Counted from the stretch's first letter, positions 38,492 to 47,505 are shown. The stretch is DNA of 53,466 bases from Defluviitaleaceae bacterium (GCA_009781625.1 WQVI01000002.1:1-53466), one strand, 5' to 3'. Numbers and translations are program-made. The notes: a model not told the origin generated them from the sequence alone.

Positions 38492-38520
38492 ATTATACAC
38501 CAAACCTCAAAATGTGTCAA
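38492..38520 (-). promoter_or_regulatory. Consensus sigma-A promoter on the minus strand (drives the candidate sRNA)
   Basis: The minus strand reads TTGACA (38520-38515), exactly 17 nt, TATAAT (38497-38492). Confidence 0.5.
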
Positions 38521-38555
38521 CCGTATTCTGTAAATTATAGGCTTTTATTTTTAAG

Positions 38556-38584
38556 TTGATAAAATGCCGCCAATGCATTATAAT
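38556..38584 (+). promoter_or_regulatory. Near-consensus sigma-A promoter of the multi-Hsp70 cluster
   Basis: TTGATA (38556-38561), 17 nt, TATAAT (38579-38584). It is the only strong promoter-like site between the peptide terminator and the first cluster ORF. Confidence 0.55.
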
Positions 38585-38600
38585 TAGAAGAAAATGTTAT

Positions 38601-38670
38601 TATAGCAATTCTACTTGAAAACAACGAGGCCGCGTGCGAGCTGAGGCGATTTTCAAGTTGAATTGCTATA
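38601..38670 (+). repeat. Leader inverted repeat (21-bp stem, 28-nt loop)
   Basis: TATAGCAATTCTACTTGAAAA (38601-38621) pairs with TTTTCAAGTTGAATTGCTATA (38650-38670) at 20/21. The repeat sits between the -10 element and the first ORF. Confidence 0.6.
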
Positions 38671-38681
38671 TAAGATAGGTT

Positions 38682-39974
38682 GTGGGGCATTTGTTTGGTT
38701 TTGTCACAAATTTTTTTGCAAATTTCAGCATGGGCGAGCAAATTATGGCCATATTTCTTTGCGTGGCCTTTGTTTTAGTGCTTTTGCTGCGCATAATTTT
38801 GGTTAGCAGCTATAATGGGGGCCTTGCGCTGATAAATAGGGCGTCAAAGGGTGTTAAAACCAAGGGCGATGTGGAGAAGCTGACGGGCGGCACCTTTGCC
38901 CGCGCAGCTAAAGAATATGCCGCCATGGTGTCCGGCGGCGCCAGGACGGATGCGCTGGATGTGGCGCGCATGGCCGTCACAAAAAACCGCCTATATTTCT
39001 TTAATTTTAAAAGCCTAGCGGGTCTTATACGGCTGATAGAACGCGCCTTTCTGCCCTTTGCCATCCTATTCACCCTGGCGGCATCAGCACAAATAGAATT
39101 TGTGATACTGTCCGCCGTTGTCTTTTTGCTGATAATTATTTTTGCTGCCATTTTTGACGTTGATGCAGCACAAGATAGATATGTCACAAATTTAGCTTAT
39201 ATCTTGGCCCGCGACATCGGCAGGCTCTACCCGCCCGACGCCGCAACGGCCGTCTACACCTTCGGCACGGATTTAAATGAATATCTAAATCGTCAATCCG
39301 CCATGTACAACGAGGTGCTAAACAAGATAAAAACCGAATTTGCAGGGGCCATCACGGCCAATATACAAGCCATGGCCAAAAGTGTGGATGCCACGCTTAA
39401 TTCTATCGCAAAGCATGACGCGCTGGACGAGGCCATTGGGCGCTGGGCGTCGGTTGTGGATAAATCCGCGGAAATGCAGTCCGGCGTGGTGGGTGCTAGC
39501 GAAAAATTTGGCGCGGCAGCAGCAGCTATGGCTACATACAGCGCAACCATGCAAAAAAACAGGGAAGAAATGAAAGAAGATATTGTGCTTTTAACCAACG
39601 CCATACAAAAACTAAACCAACTTGCGGCGGCTATGGAAGTGCGAAACACTGCACTGGATGGCGAAGTTGGCCTTGTGCTTGAAAACCAAAAAACCCTTGA
39701 AACCGCCGTGGCTTCGTATGAATTATCGCTAAAAGAAATTACCTCGCAAATGGGCGATGCCATGGGCAAAATTATGGACTATCACCTTGGAAAATCCGGC
39801 GGGCGCATTGCCGATAACATCGCGGATAGCGTGAAACAGGCCCTTTCAGGCGCGCGCATCCAAGAAGAGCATATCAAGAGCATCCTGGAAGAATTTTTAG
39901 AGCAAAACCGATATCAAACAAAGCTACTACTGGAAATGAAAGCCCAAATTGGAGATGCTGATGAGTATAAATAG
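38682..39974 (+). CDS. Membrane protein with long helical (coiled-coil-like) tail, cluster component A
   Basis: There is an N-terminal TM (AIFLCVAFVLVLLLRIILV), a ~80-aa loop and a hydrophobic hairpin (LPFAILFTLAASAQIEFVILSAVVFLLIIIFAAIF). An Ala/Glu/Lys/Asn-rich tail of ~270 aa follows. The start is ambiguous: GTG at 38682, or ATG at 38730 or 38745. Confidence 0.6.
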   Translation: MGHLFGFVTNFFANFSMGEQIMAIFLCVAFVLVLLLRIILVSSYNGGLALINRASKGVKTKGDVEKLTGGTFARAAKEYAAMVSGGARTDALDVARMAVTKNRLYFFNFKSLAGLIRLIERAFLPFAILFTLAASAQIEFVILSAVVFLLIIIFAAIFDVDAAQDRYVTNLAYILARDIGRLYPPDAATAVYTFGTDLNEYLNRQSAMYNEVLNKIKTEFAGAITANIQAMAKSVDATLNSIAKHDALDEAIGRWASVVDKSAEMQSGVVGASEKFGAAAAAMATYSATMQKNREEMKEDIVLLTNAIQKLNQLAAAMEVRNTALDGEVGLVLENQKTLETAVASYELSLKEITSQMGDAMGKIMDYHLGKSGGRIADNIADSVKQALSGARIQEEHIKSILEEFLEQNRYQTKLLLEMKAQIGDADEYK

Positions 39975-41133
39975 ACTGGCCCATCTGGAATATCCCACAC
40001 CAAAAATTGCCCTTAGCACAGACAAAATTGAGGCCCATGGCACAGGCATTGTTGAGGGCAGCTTTGAGGTGCGCAACATCAGCGAGGGAGAGCTTAGCGG
40101 CAGGATAGAGCCTACCATCGATTTTTTAAATTTTTCTTCGGACATTTTTAGAGGCAATAAAGTGAAAATTGAATATAGCCTCAACTTAGAAGGGATGATT
40201 GGCACCCATAAGGCCGCCGCCATCATAACATCCAATGGCGGTGAAAAGACCATTACTTTCGATGTGAGGGCAACCGCGCCTGCAATTGCACGCGATGGCG
40301 TTAAAATTGCCACGCTAGAGCATTTTGCAGAATTTGTTCGCAAAAGCCCCGTAGAAGGCCGCCGCCTTTTTGGACAAAAGGACTTTATGATATGGCTGTT
40401 TAACATGGGATATCCTTCCGTAAGCACTTACGAGAGATTTTTGGACGACCCTAATAAAGACCGTGCCGTGGATAATTTCCTTATTTTCAATGGACTAAAA
40501 AACAAGGCTGGCCTTGTGGTGGAAAACGCAGATACTATCGTAAAGATTGGCCATGGCGAAAGCGCAATTACGGGCGGCATACACTTGCGCAAAACCACAT
40601 GGGGATACGCAGAAGCGGATTTTCATGTGCGACAGGGCGCAAGCTGGCTAAAGCTGTCAAAAAGTCGCGTTACAACTGCGGATTTTAACAAAGAAAATGC
40701 TGCCGAAGTGGATTATATCATAATGGCTGATGAGATAAAACAGCGAGAGACAGCCCTTGTTGACGTGAAGTCAAATTGTGGTGCCATGCAAACCGCCCGT
40801 ATACAATGCAATATTTCAGGGGCCTTTGAAGCGCGGCTGGACAGAGAGATTTATCATCTTGAAGACAGAGGCAAACTATTTTTGCACAATAACACAGGCA
40901 AAGACCTGATGATTGATATATATTGCGAAAATTTCATAAAAATTGAGGCTAAGCGATATTTTATAAGCAAATATGCGGAAATTGGTTTTGATATAAAGTT
41001 TTCCAGTTTAAAAGCCGCTACGTTAGCTTTTAAAAAGCAGCTGCATTCTACAACAGAGATACACATTAGAGCTCTGACCGAGGGGCGTGTTACAGTGAAG
41101 AAACTGAAACTGAAGCTTTGGGGCAAGGTTTAG
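39961..41133 (+). CDS. Beta-rich soluble protein, cluster component B
   Basis: 390 aa. The start is set at the ATG at 39961, 6 nt after GGAG, overlapping gene A by 14 nt. The alternating-pattern sequence is suggestive of Ig-like beta-sandwiches (GTGIVEGSFEVRNISEGELSGRIEP...). No catalytic motif. Confidence 0.6.
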   Translation: MSINRLAHLEYPTPKIALSTDKIEAHGTGIVEGSFEVRNISEGELSGRIEPTIDFLNFSSDIFRGNKVKIEYSLNLEGMIGTHKAAAIITSNGGEKTITFDVRATAPAIARDGVKIATLEHFAEFVRKSPVEGRRLFGQKDFMIWLFNMGYPSVSTYERFLDDPNKDRAVDNFLIFNGLKNKAGLVVENADTIVKIGHGESAITGGIHLRKTTWGYAEADFHVRQGASWLKLSKSRVTTADFNKENAAEVDYIIMADEIKQRETALVDVKSNCGAMQTARIQCNISGAFEARLDREIYHLEDRGKLFLHNNTGKDLMIDIYCENFIKIEAKRYFISKYAEIGFDIKFSSLKAATLAFKKQLHSTTEIHIRALTEGRVTVKKLKLKLWGKV

Positions 41134-41147
41134 GCTTGGGGGGCTAT

Positions 41148-41186
41148 GTCGGCTAAAGCCGACTAAAGATTCCGACTAAACTCGGC
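41148..41186. repeat. Half-copy of the CGACTAAA palindromic element
   Basis: GTCGGCTAAAGCCGACTAAAGATTCCGACTAAACTCGG resembles the left half of the elements at 47506 and 53318. Confidence 0.5.
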
Positions 41187-41223
41187 CTGCACCTTTCAGC
41201 CATTATTTTCATAGGAGCATAAC

Positions 41224-43938
41224 ATGCCTAATCCAACAACAAACAAAATCACATCATACGAAAAGATCTACAATGACAAAAAAACCTCTGCCACGGCCTT
41301 TGCAATGGCAACACGCTTTTACATCGGCTACATTGTCAGTGGCCAGCGGGATTTTTTGCACAAAGCAAATTTTGTTGCAACGGCACATGCAAATCTTGCT
41401 GACATGCCCATGGTTTTTTTACGCGGGCATATATCCTATGAGATGGACAATTTTGATGGTGTGGACAGCCTGCTGTCTTCTTTAAAGCCATACCGCAATG
41501 CCATCAAAGCCCAAAGTGCCGAGCTTTATGCACATTATCTGTATTTTAACTGCGTCTTGGCGCAAGCCCGAGGGAAGCAAAGGGCCGCAAATAAGCATTA
41601 TCGCGCTCTAAGAGACTATTGCAAAGACAACAACCCTCGGTGTGGACATCTGCTTTTAGCTGCCGCTAATTGCGCCTTTGAAAAATATGCCGATGCCCTA
41701 GGCCATCTGCAAGCGGCGTATAAAAATGGCAACAGAAGCCCATTTTTGTATATCTGCCTTGGACGCGCCTTGGAAAATGCCACACCGCAAGATGTGCAGG
41801 TCTCACAGTCGCTTTTGCTACCCATGATGCGATGGTCATTTTCATCGGGATATTATATCGGCGGCATAATTGCAAGAAATCAGGAGAATGTTGAGGAAAT
41901 ACTGCGCAGACATCCATCTGACGGCGAAAAGCTGTACGCAGCATACCCCCTGGACTGGATATTGCACATCATCTGCACCCGCAGAATGATTAACAACGAC
42001 CTATCCCCCGCGGCCTTTCATTTCTACAAAGAGGCCGAAACCCGCCAACTGCACTTCCCACAGCTTTACGATTTCCTCATTCGTGCCGCCCACAAAAACG
42101 GCATAGAAGATATCAGCCGATATTCTGTTGTGCAATATCTGAAACAAGGCGATGTGCCCGAGGATATACTACCATTTGCCTATCATTTGGCCCTAAAGGC
42201 GGCCCATGATGAAGATAATTGGGAATTTTTGGAGAAAATAAGAAAAGATATATTGCAATGCGCCTATCACGCCATAGAAAATAAGCTTTTTGGCAGGTAT
42301 TACTATAGCTTGCATAAATTTTTGCTGGAAACCACCATCCGCGGCAAAACGGTAGATAAAAAAGCCCTCGAAACTGCGGAAGACAGCCTGAAAAATTTGT
42401 TGTTTGCTTACGACATCACTTTTGACGACGACGATGTAAAAAAAGTGCTGATACAAGAGGATTACAAGCGGGGCGAGGTTCTTTACGATGTCAAAGGTGG
42501 GCGCATCCGCGTAAACCTTTGCGACGGCAACGCAAAAATCACTTGCTTTGACGAAAGCTTTACAAATATTATAAATTGCGCCCCCAAAATGTCGAAACTG
42601 GTGGAAAATGTGGATATAACAATCCTTAATCATTTTTTCGCCAAAGGGATAAGCTCCACAGAGGTTCTGGTGGCCCTATGCCAGCACTACATGGATGCAT
42701 ACGATTTATCCGAAAATGCCATAAAAATTTTTGAAAGCGTGGCGGAAAACGGACAAATTTCAGCGGCCTTTAAGATGCAAATTTATGTGTCGCTGGGCAA
42801 TTTTTACGCCAAAGGCCGCAATTATCCAAAAGCGGCAGAATATTACAGACATGTCGATGAAAGCCGCGTGCTGCCCAGATATCTGGAGCAAATGCTGCTA
42901 ACATATGTTCACGCCGGCGAATATGGCCTTGCCAAGCGGCTTATCGCAAAAGGCGTTGGGCATATAAGCGACAAAAACCTGTTTTATGCCGTGAAACATA
43001 TATCAAGCAAGGATATCGGCACAGATGCAAAAGGCTTGGCCGCCCTGGCCGCCCAACAAATTTTGCGTGGCTGGTATGATAAAACCCTGTTGGATTTGAT
43101 AATAAAAAGCCATGTAACAAGCCTTGCGGGCTGGATAGAGCTTGCAAGAAGCCTTTCTGCTATGGGGCTATCAAAACCCGCCCTACACGCAAAAATTTTG
43201 GATGTTGCAATACAAACCCGCAATTCCGACAAAGGTGTGCAATCAATTTTTGGCAAAGCAACCGACGATGCACCGGACATCGACATCCTAAAAGATTTTG
43301 CGGTTTACCTAAGCTACGAAATTATCGTAAACGATCTGATACCAGAATATGACGCAATTTACGCCATGGAAAAGGTTTTCACTGCTACCGGGGAAGAATT
43401 TTTGGCATATGGCCTGGCCCATATCTACATCAAAAATTCTGTCACCACAGCAAACTCCGCTGATATTTTGCACCGCGCCCTAAAGATGGCAATTGCCGCC
43501 GACATAATCTGGCCAATTTTCAAAGAAATAAAAGACAAAAACTATATCTTGCCGTATATAGAAAAGAATCGCCCCTTTTTGCATAGGGGCAAGGTGGGAC
43601 ATGCCGTTAGCTTTCATTACAGGACGGCAGGCGAGACAGATTTTGCCGAAATGCCTATGAAATACCTGCGCTTTGGCCTGTATACCTGCCATGTGCCACA
43701 TTTTTACGGAGAGGAGCTGGAATATTACTTCAAAGAAACGATAGCAACAGGCAGTGTCACAACACAACCCACAAAAATTGAAAATAACCGCCCTCATCTA
43801 CTTGAAAAACCAACAGATTTGTATTATATTATCAATAGTGCCCTTGTGTACGAGCAAATGTTTAAATATGATAAAGTGGAAGAAATTGTGGCGGATAAAT
43901 TGACGGAAAAAGATACGCCTAGGGCGAAATTAATGTAG
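41224..43938 (+). CDS. 904-aa helical-repeat (TPR-like) protein with beta-rich C-terminus, cluster component C
   Basis: It is a long ORF, with AGGAGCATAAC before the ATG. It contains repeated Ala/Leu/Tyr-rich helix pairs (e.g. SLGNFYAKGRNYPKAAEYYRHV). The C-terminal ~120 aa are beta-like. It has no HPD motif and no NTPase motif. Confidence 0.65.
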   Translation: MPNPTTNKITSYEKIYNDKKTSATAFAMATRFYIGYIVSGQRDFLHKANFVATAHANLADMPMVFLRGHISYEMDNFDGVDSLLSSLKPYRNAIKAQSAELYAHYLYFNCVLAQARGKQRAANKHYRALRDYCKDNNPRCGHLLLAAANCAFEKYADALGHLQAAYKNGNRSPFLYICLGRALENATPQDVQVSQSLLLPMMRWSFSSGYYIGGIIARNQENVEEILRRHPSDGEKLYAAYPLDWILHIICTRRMINNDLSPAAFHFYKEAETRQLHFPQLYDFLIRAAHKNGIEDISRYSVVQYLKQGDVPEDILPFAYHLALKAAHDEDNWEFLEKIRKDILQCAYHAIENKLFGRYYYSLHKFLLETTIRGKTVDKKALETAEDSLKNLLFAYDITFDDDDVKKVLIQEDYKRGEVLYDVKGGRIRVNLCDGNAKITCFDESFTNIINCAPKMSKLVENVDITILNHFFAKGISSTEVLVALCQHYMDAYDLSENAIKIFESVAENGQISAAFKMQIYVSLGNFYAKGRNYPKAAEYYRHVDESRVLPRYLEQMLLTYVHAGEYGLAKRLIAKGVGHISDKNLFYAVKHISSKDIGTDAKGLAALAAQQILRGWYDKTLLDLIIKSHVTSLAGWIELARSLSAMGLSKPALHAKILDVAIQTRNSDKGVQSIFGKATDDAPDIDILKDFAVYLSYEIIVNDLIPEYDAIYAMEKVFTATGEEFLAYGLAHIYIKNSVTTANSADILHRALKMAIAADIIWPIFKEIKDKNYILPYIEKNRPFLHRGKVGHAVSFHYRTAGETDFAEMPMKYLRFGLYTCHVPHFYGEELEYYFKETIATGSVTTQPTKIENNRPHLLEKPTDLYYIINSALVYEQMFKYDKVEEIVADKLTEKDTPRAKLM

Positions 43939-43958
43939 GGGCGACCTGTGGTCGCCCG
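43935..43958. repeat. 24-nt stop-plus-hairpin module, intergenic copy
   Basis: The sequence is GTAGGGGCGACCTGTGGTCGCCCG. Its TAG is the stop codon of component C. The stem is GGGCGACC/GGTCGCCC. It matches 52701-52724 at 23/24. Confidence 0.7.
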
Positions 43959-43975
43959 TGATAGAGGAGGAAAAC

Positions 43976-45652
43976 ATGGGAACATTAGGACTAGACATGG
44001 AAAGAGGCCTATATCTAGGCATTGACTTTGGAACAACAAACAGCGTTGTCAGCATCTATAATTTTAAGGATGGCGAAGCGCAGACGATACCAATTGATGG
44101 CGGCAATATCTTCCCAACTGCCATACAATTTGAAACAGACGCCGACGACCCACAAAAGCTGGCGCGCATCTTCGGCGTGCAAGCCAAAGAGGCGGCGGTT
44201 ATCTACCCTCTTTCGACGGTGCTTTCAATAAAGCGCTATCTGGGCAGCGATGCAGCCATAAAAGTGTCCGTTGACGAAAGAGACCACAGCTTCACACCAG
44301 AACAAATTGCCGGCGAAATTTTGGGATATCTAAAGCAAAAGGCAGACCAATACGCCCAAGACGAGCTTAATATCGACGGCGAATTTTCGGGCTGCGTTAT
44401 CACCGTGCCGGCAAATTCTACAGACAAGCAAAAGAAAATGACGAAGCAAGCAGCAGTTTTGGCTGGCTTCGATGAGGATAGCGTATTTCTGCGTCTAGAG
44501 CCTGCGGCGGCGGCCATTTCCTACGCCGTAAACGAAACGAAGGACAAGAAAATTTTGGTTTATGACTTCGGCGGCGGTACTTTTGACGCGTGTATCTTGA
44601 AAATTGAGGCTTCGGACGACGACGAGCCTAATATCTCCATCGTATCCACCTACGGCGATAACGACCTTGGCGGCAACGACATCGACAAAGTCATCATCGA
44701 CATGATTTTAGAAGAATTTAACAAGCTTACTGACGGCGAAATTAATTTGTATGATGAAAATGCTGATGATGGCGTGTCAAAACGTCAGAAAAAAGTGGCC
44801 CAAGTGCGCTTGCAGCAGGTGGCAAATCAGGCGAAGGAAAGGCTTAGCCAATCCAAATCTACAAAGATAACCTTGGCACCGTTTATTCAAGAACCAAAAA
44901 TTGTAAACATCAATATGGAAATTACCCTGGAAGATTTTGAAAACTACAAGCGCCATAGCCGCCAAAACGACCATGAAGAGATTTTTGCAAAATTTGAAGG
45001 CAAAAGCCTTGATGATATCGTAAATTCTACACTGGAATGCATCGACAAATGCCTTGCTGCTGGCAGCCTTTCAGCGGGTGACATTGACGAAATCTTCCTC
45101 GTAGGCGGCAGCTCTTCCATCCCCCTTGTTGGACGCAAAATCACTGAAAAATTCGATAAAGAGCCCTTTAAATCTAAAATAAGCCCGGCACTGTCCATCT
45201 CTCAAGGCGCGGCGTACTATTGCAATATGATAATGATGCCGACGCTAAAGGGCCCCACTGTACAAGAGAAAACCATCCACCCCCTTGGGCTGGAGCTTGC
45301 CGGACGCCGCTTTATGGAAATTGTGGCGGCGGGTATGGACATCCCCAGAGATGGCCTTATCGTAGAAGCCAGCGAGCTTTTAACCACAAATTTCGACAAT
45401 ATACCATCTATGGCCATTGTAGTGTACGAAAATACCGAACCTTCAACCACGGGCGAAGCACAGCAAGTTAGCCGCCCCGGCATGAAACGCCTTGCGGGCA
45501 CCAGCTTGCGCGGCATACCACAGGCGCCTAAAGGCAAAGAGAAGGTTAAAGTAATTTTCAGCATCAGTCAAGATAACATGCTTAAAGTAACGGCAAAATC
45601 CACCAGCGTTGATGGTGCCGTGACAGAATTATCTGTAGACGAGCTTTATTAA
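43976..45652 (+). CDS. Hsp70-family protein 1 (lid-less DnaK-like)
   Basis: The start follows GAGGAGGAAAAC. The motifs are GIDFGTTNS, VITVPANSTD, LEPAAAAISYA, VYDFGGGTFDA, DLGGNDID and FLVGGSSSIPLV, then a beta-sandwich SBD (IHPLGLEL...). It ends without a helical lid. Confidence 0.85.
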   Translation: MGTLGLDMERGLYLGIDFGTTNSVVSIYNFKDGEAQTIPIDGGNIFPTAIQFETDADDPQKLARIFGVQAKEAAVIYPLSTVLSIKRYLGSDAAIKVSVDERDHSFTPEQIAGEILGYLKQKADQYAQDELNIDGEFSGCVITVPANSTDKQKKMTKQAAVLAGFDEDSVFLRLEPAAAAISYAVNETKDKKILVYDFGGGTFDACILKIEASDDDEPNISIVSTYGDNDLGGNDIDKVIIDMILEEFNKLTDGEINLYDENADDGVSKRQKKVAQVRLQQVANQAKERLSQSKSTKITLAPFIQEPKIVNINMEITLEDFENYKRHSRQNDHEEIFAKFEGKSLDDIVNSTLECIDKCLAAGSLSAGDIDEIFLVGGSSSIPLVGRKITEKFDKEPFKSKISPALSISQGAAYYCNMIMMPTLKGPTVQEKTIHPLGLELAGRRFMEIVAAGMDIPRDGLIVEASELLTTNFDNIPSMAIVVYENTEPSTTGEAQQVSRPGMKRLAGTSLRGIPQAPKGKEKVKVIFSISQDNMLKVTAKSTSVDGAVTELSVDELY

Positions 45653-45667
45653 AAGGGGTTATGAACT

Positions 45668-47500
45668 GTGGCCAAAGGCGGCAAACAAAATTTAAAGCAA
45701 GAAGGTAAAATTTTTGGCAAATGGATTGCTATCGCACGCGCCGCTGACGGCTTAGCTGATGGGTTGCGGGCGGATGTTTTTCGCAATGCGAAGCAGCTTG
45801 TTGCGGAAAAAATAAATACAGCTTGTGGCAACGATGAGGCACTGTCTTCTTATGATGCTGAAATTTTTGATTGTTATATGCGCATCATCGGCGCCTACAG
45901 CAAGGTGGTGGGTATCTACCTGGACGAGGAAAAGCCCATCACTTCGCAGCCTGTAAAGGAAATTTGGGATGGCGTTTATGAAGTTTTGGCTTCCAGACTT
46001 TTGGCGATATCAGAAATGGACCATTTGGCCAACCCTGTACAGGCAGAAAAAAAGGAAATTGTGTCAAAAATTATTTTGGACGCGTCAGAACGGATCTTGG
46101 AAAACGACGCTGCTGAGGATAATATTGAAATTAGGCGGCGTCTGTTTTATGCGGATGATAACTTTCAGACCATTTGCGAAGAAATTGCGGAAAATATCAA
46201 AAGCAAATGCATAAATGAATTTTACGCAACATATATTTCTGCCGTGAAGCAAGCCCTTGTAAACCTTAACGATATTTCGTGCCGCGAAAACGTGCTATAT
46301 TATAACGATATGCTGAAAGAAGAGCAAGACATTTTGCGGCAAATTATTGTTGTACAAGTGATGGCGCTGGAAAATGCCATGGGGGAAGGGTTTGCGACGG
46401 AAGAAGAGATTGCTGTGCTGGATGAGGCCCTTAACCTACTGCGAGAGGCCCATCAAAGAGAAAGTGGTGAGATAGACCGCATAGAACGGCTGTTCAACGA
46501 AAGCGCTGCGCGCAACCGTGAAAATATGGGGCGCATTGTGATGGATGTGGAAGATGTGGAAGAATTTGCCGCGTCTTTTGATGCCGTCGCCCCTACCGTT
46601 TTTGAGGAGTCAAAACAAAGCCTTGATAAAGCAATTGATGACTTTAAAAAACTTGTGGAAAGCCTTGCTTCTGCGAAGCTGGGCACATATACCGCCAAGC
46701 TTTCAAAACAAGCTGCTGATGACTGTGAAAAGACCGCGGCAGGGCTTGTTATGATGTCGCGAGACGTCACACAATGCTTCGGCACAATTTTGAGGCACTA
46801 TGACGAAAATACCGAGCATTTGGCGGCCTGTGAAGAAAAGGATATCATCAAAGGCGTGGCAGAAACCATCTTGATAAAAATTGACAGCCTTAACGAAGCC
46901 ATAGAAGCCTTTGAGGAAGATGCCAAAGGGATATTGGGTCTCTTTGCCCAGGGCGAAATGGCTTTCAGCTCTGAAATTACTGCCTTTGAGAAACATCTTG
47001 TGGATAACTTGATGACATACAGCAAATGGGAGAAAAATTGTGGCAAAATTGTGAAAAAGCTTGTAGATGCAGCTTTTGATGGCGAGCTTCTTGCGGAATA
47101 TAAAGAAAAGCTGGAAAGAGGCCTGGTCAGAAAGTCCGAAGGGGCGCAAAAAAAGATGATGGCTTTCAAGAGGGATAATCTCTTTTACGAGCTATCGACC
47201 TTTGAAGAAATTATGCATTATTCTGTTTCGCGCTTGAGAGAAAGTGAAAGCCCTTGTCTTCAAGGCTTTGTGTCAGAAATTGACAGCCAAAATGCAAACA
47301 TAGATGATATCTTAACGAAATACGGCGTGGAGAAAATTGCCCCTGCGGCCCATGATGCGTTTAATCCCAAGGAGAACGAGGTGTTGATGGCTGAAGAAAG
47401 CGAAGGCTTTAATAAGGGCGAAATTATCAAGACCATCAATAGCGGGTATAGGCAGGATGGGACGGTTATAATGCGGGCTAATGTGATTGCGGCAAAATAA
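45668..47500 (+). CDS. 610-aa protein with C-terminal GrpE-like domain
   Basis: The C-terminus KYGVEKIAPAAHDAFNPKENEVLMAEESEGFNKGEIIKTINSGYRQDGTVIMRANVIAAK aligns by eye with E. coli GrpE [59 protein letters not shown]. The N-terminal ~520 aa are helical and acidic. It uses a GTG start. Confidence 0.75.
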   Translation: MAKGGKQNLKQEGKIFGKWIAIARAADGLADGLRADVFRNAKQLVAEKINTACGNDEALSSYDAEIFDCYMRIIGAYSKVVGIYLDEEKPITSQPVKEIWDGVYEVLASRLLAISEMDHLANPVQAEKKEIVSKIILDASERILENDAAEDNIEIRRRLFYADDNFQTICEEIAENIKSKCINEFYATYISAVKQALVNLNDISCRENVLYYNDMLKEEQDILRQIIVVQVMALENAMGEGFATEEEIAVLDEALNLLREAHQRESGEIDRIERLFNESAARNRENMGRIVMDVEDVEEFAASFDAVAPTVFEESKQSLDKAIDDFKKLVESLASAKLGTYTAKLSKQAADDCEKTAAGLVMMSRDVTQCFGTILRHYDENTEHLAACEEKDIIKGVAETILIKIDSLNEAIEAFEEDAKGILGLFAQGEMAFSSEITAFEKHLVDNLMTYSKWEKNCGKIVKKLVDAAFDGELLAEYKEKLERGLVRKSEGAQKKMMAFKRDNLFYELSTFEEIMHYSVSRLRESESPCLQGFVSEIDSQNANIDDILTKYGVEKIAPAAHDAFNPKENEVLMAEESEGFNKGEIIKTINSGYRQDGTVIMRANVIAAK

Positions 47501-47505
47501 GAGGT

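Noticed and set aside
38521-38700. CIRCE (HrcA) or CtsR heat-shock operator at the Hsp70 cluster promoter
   Set aside because: There is no TTAGCACTC-N9-GAGTGCTAA element and no GGTCAAA direct repeat. The inverted repeat present has unrelated sequence and 28-nt spacing.
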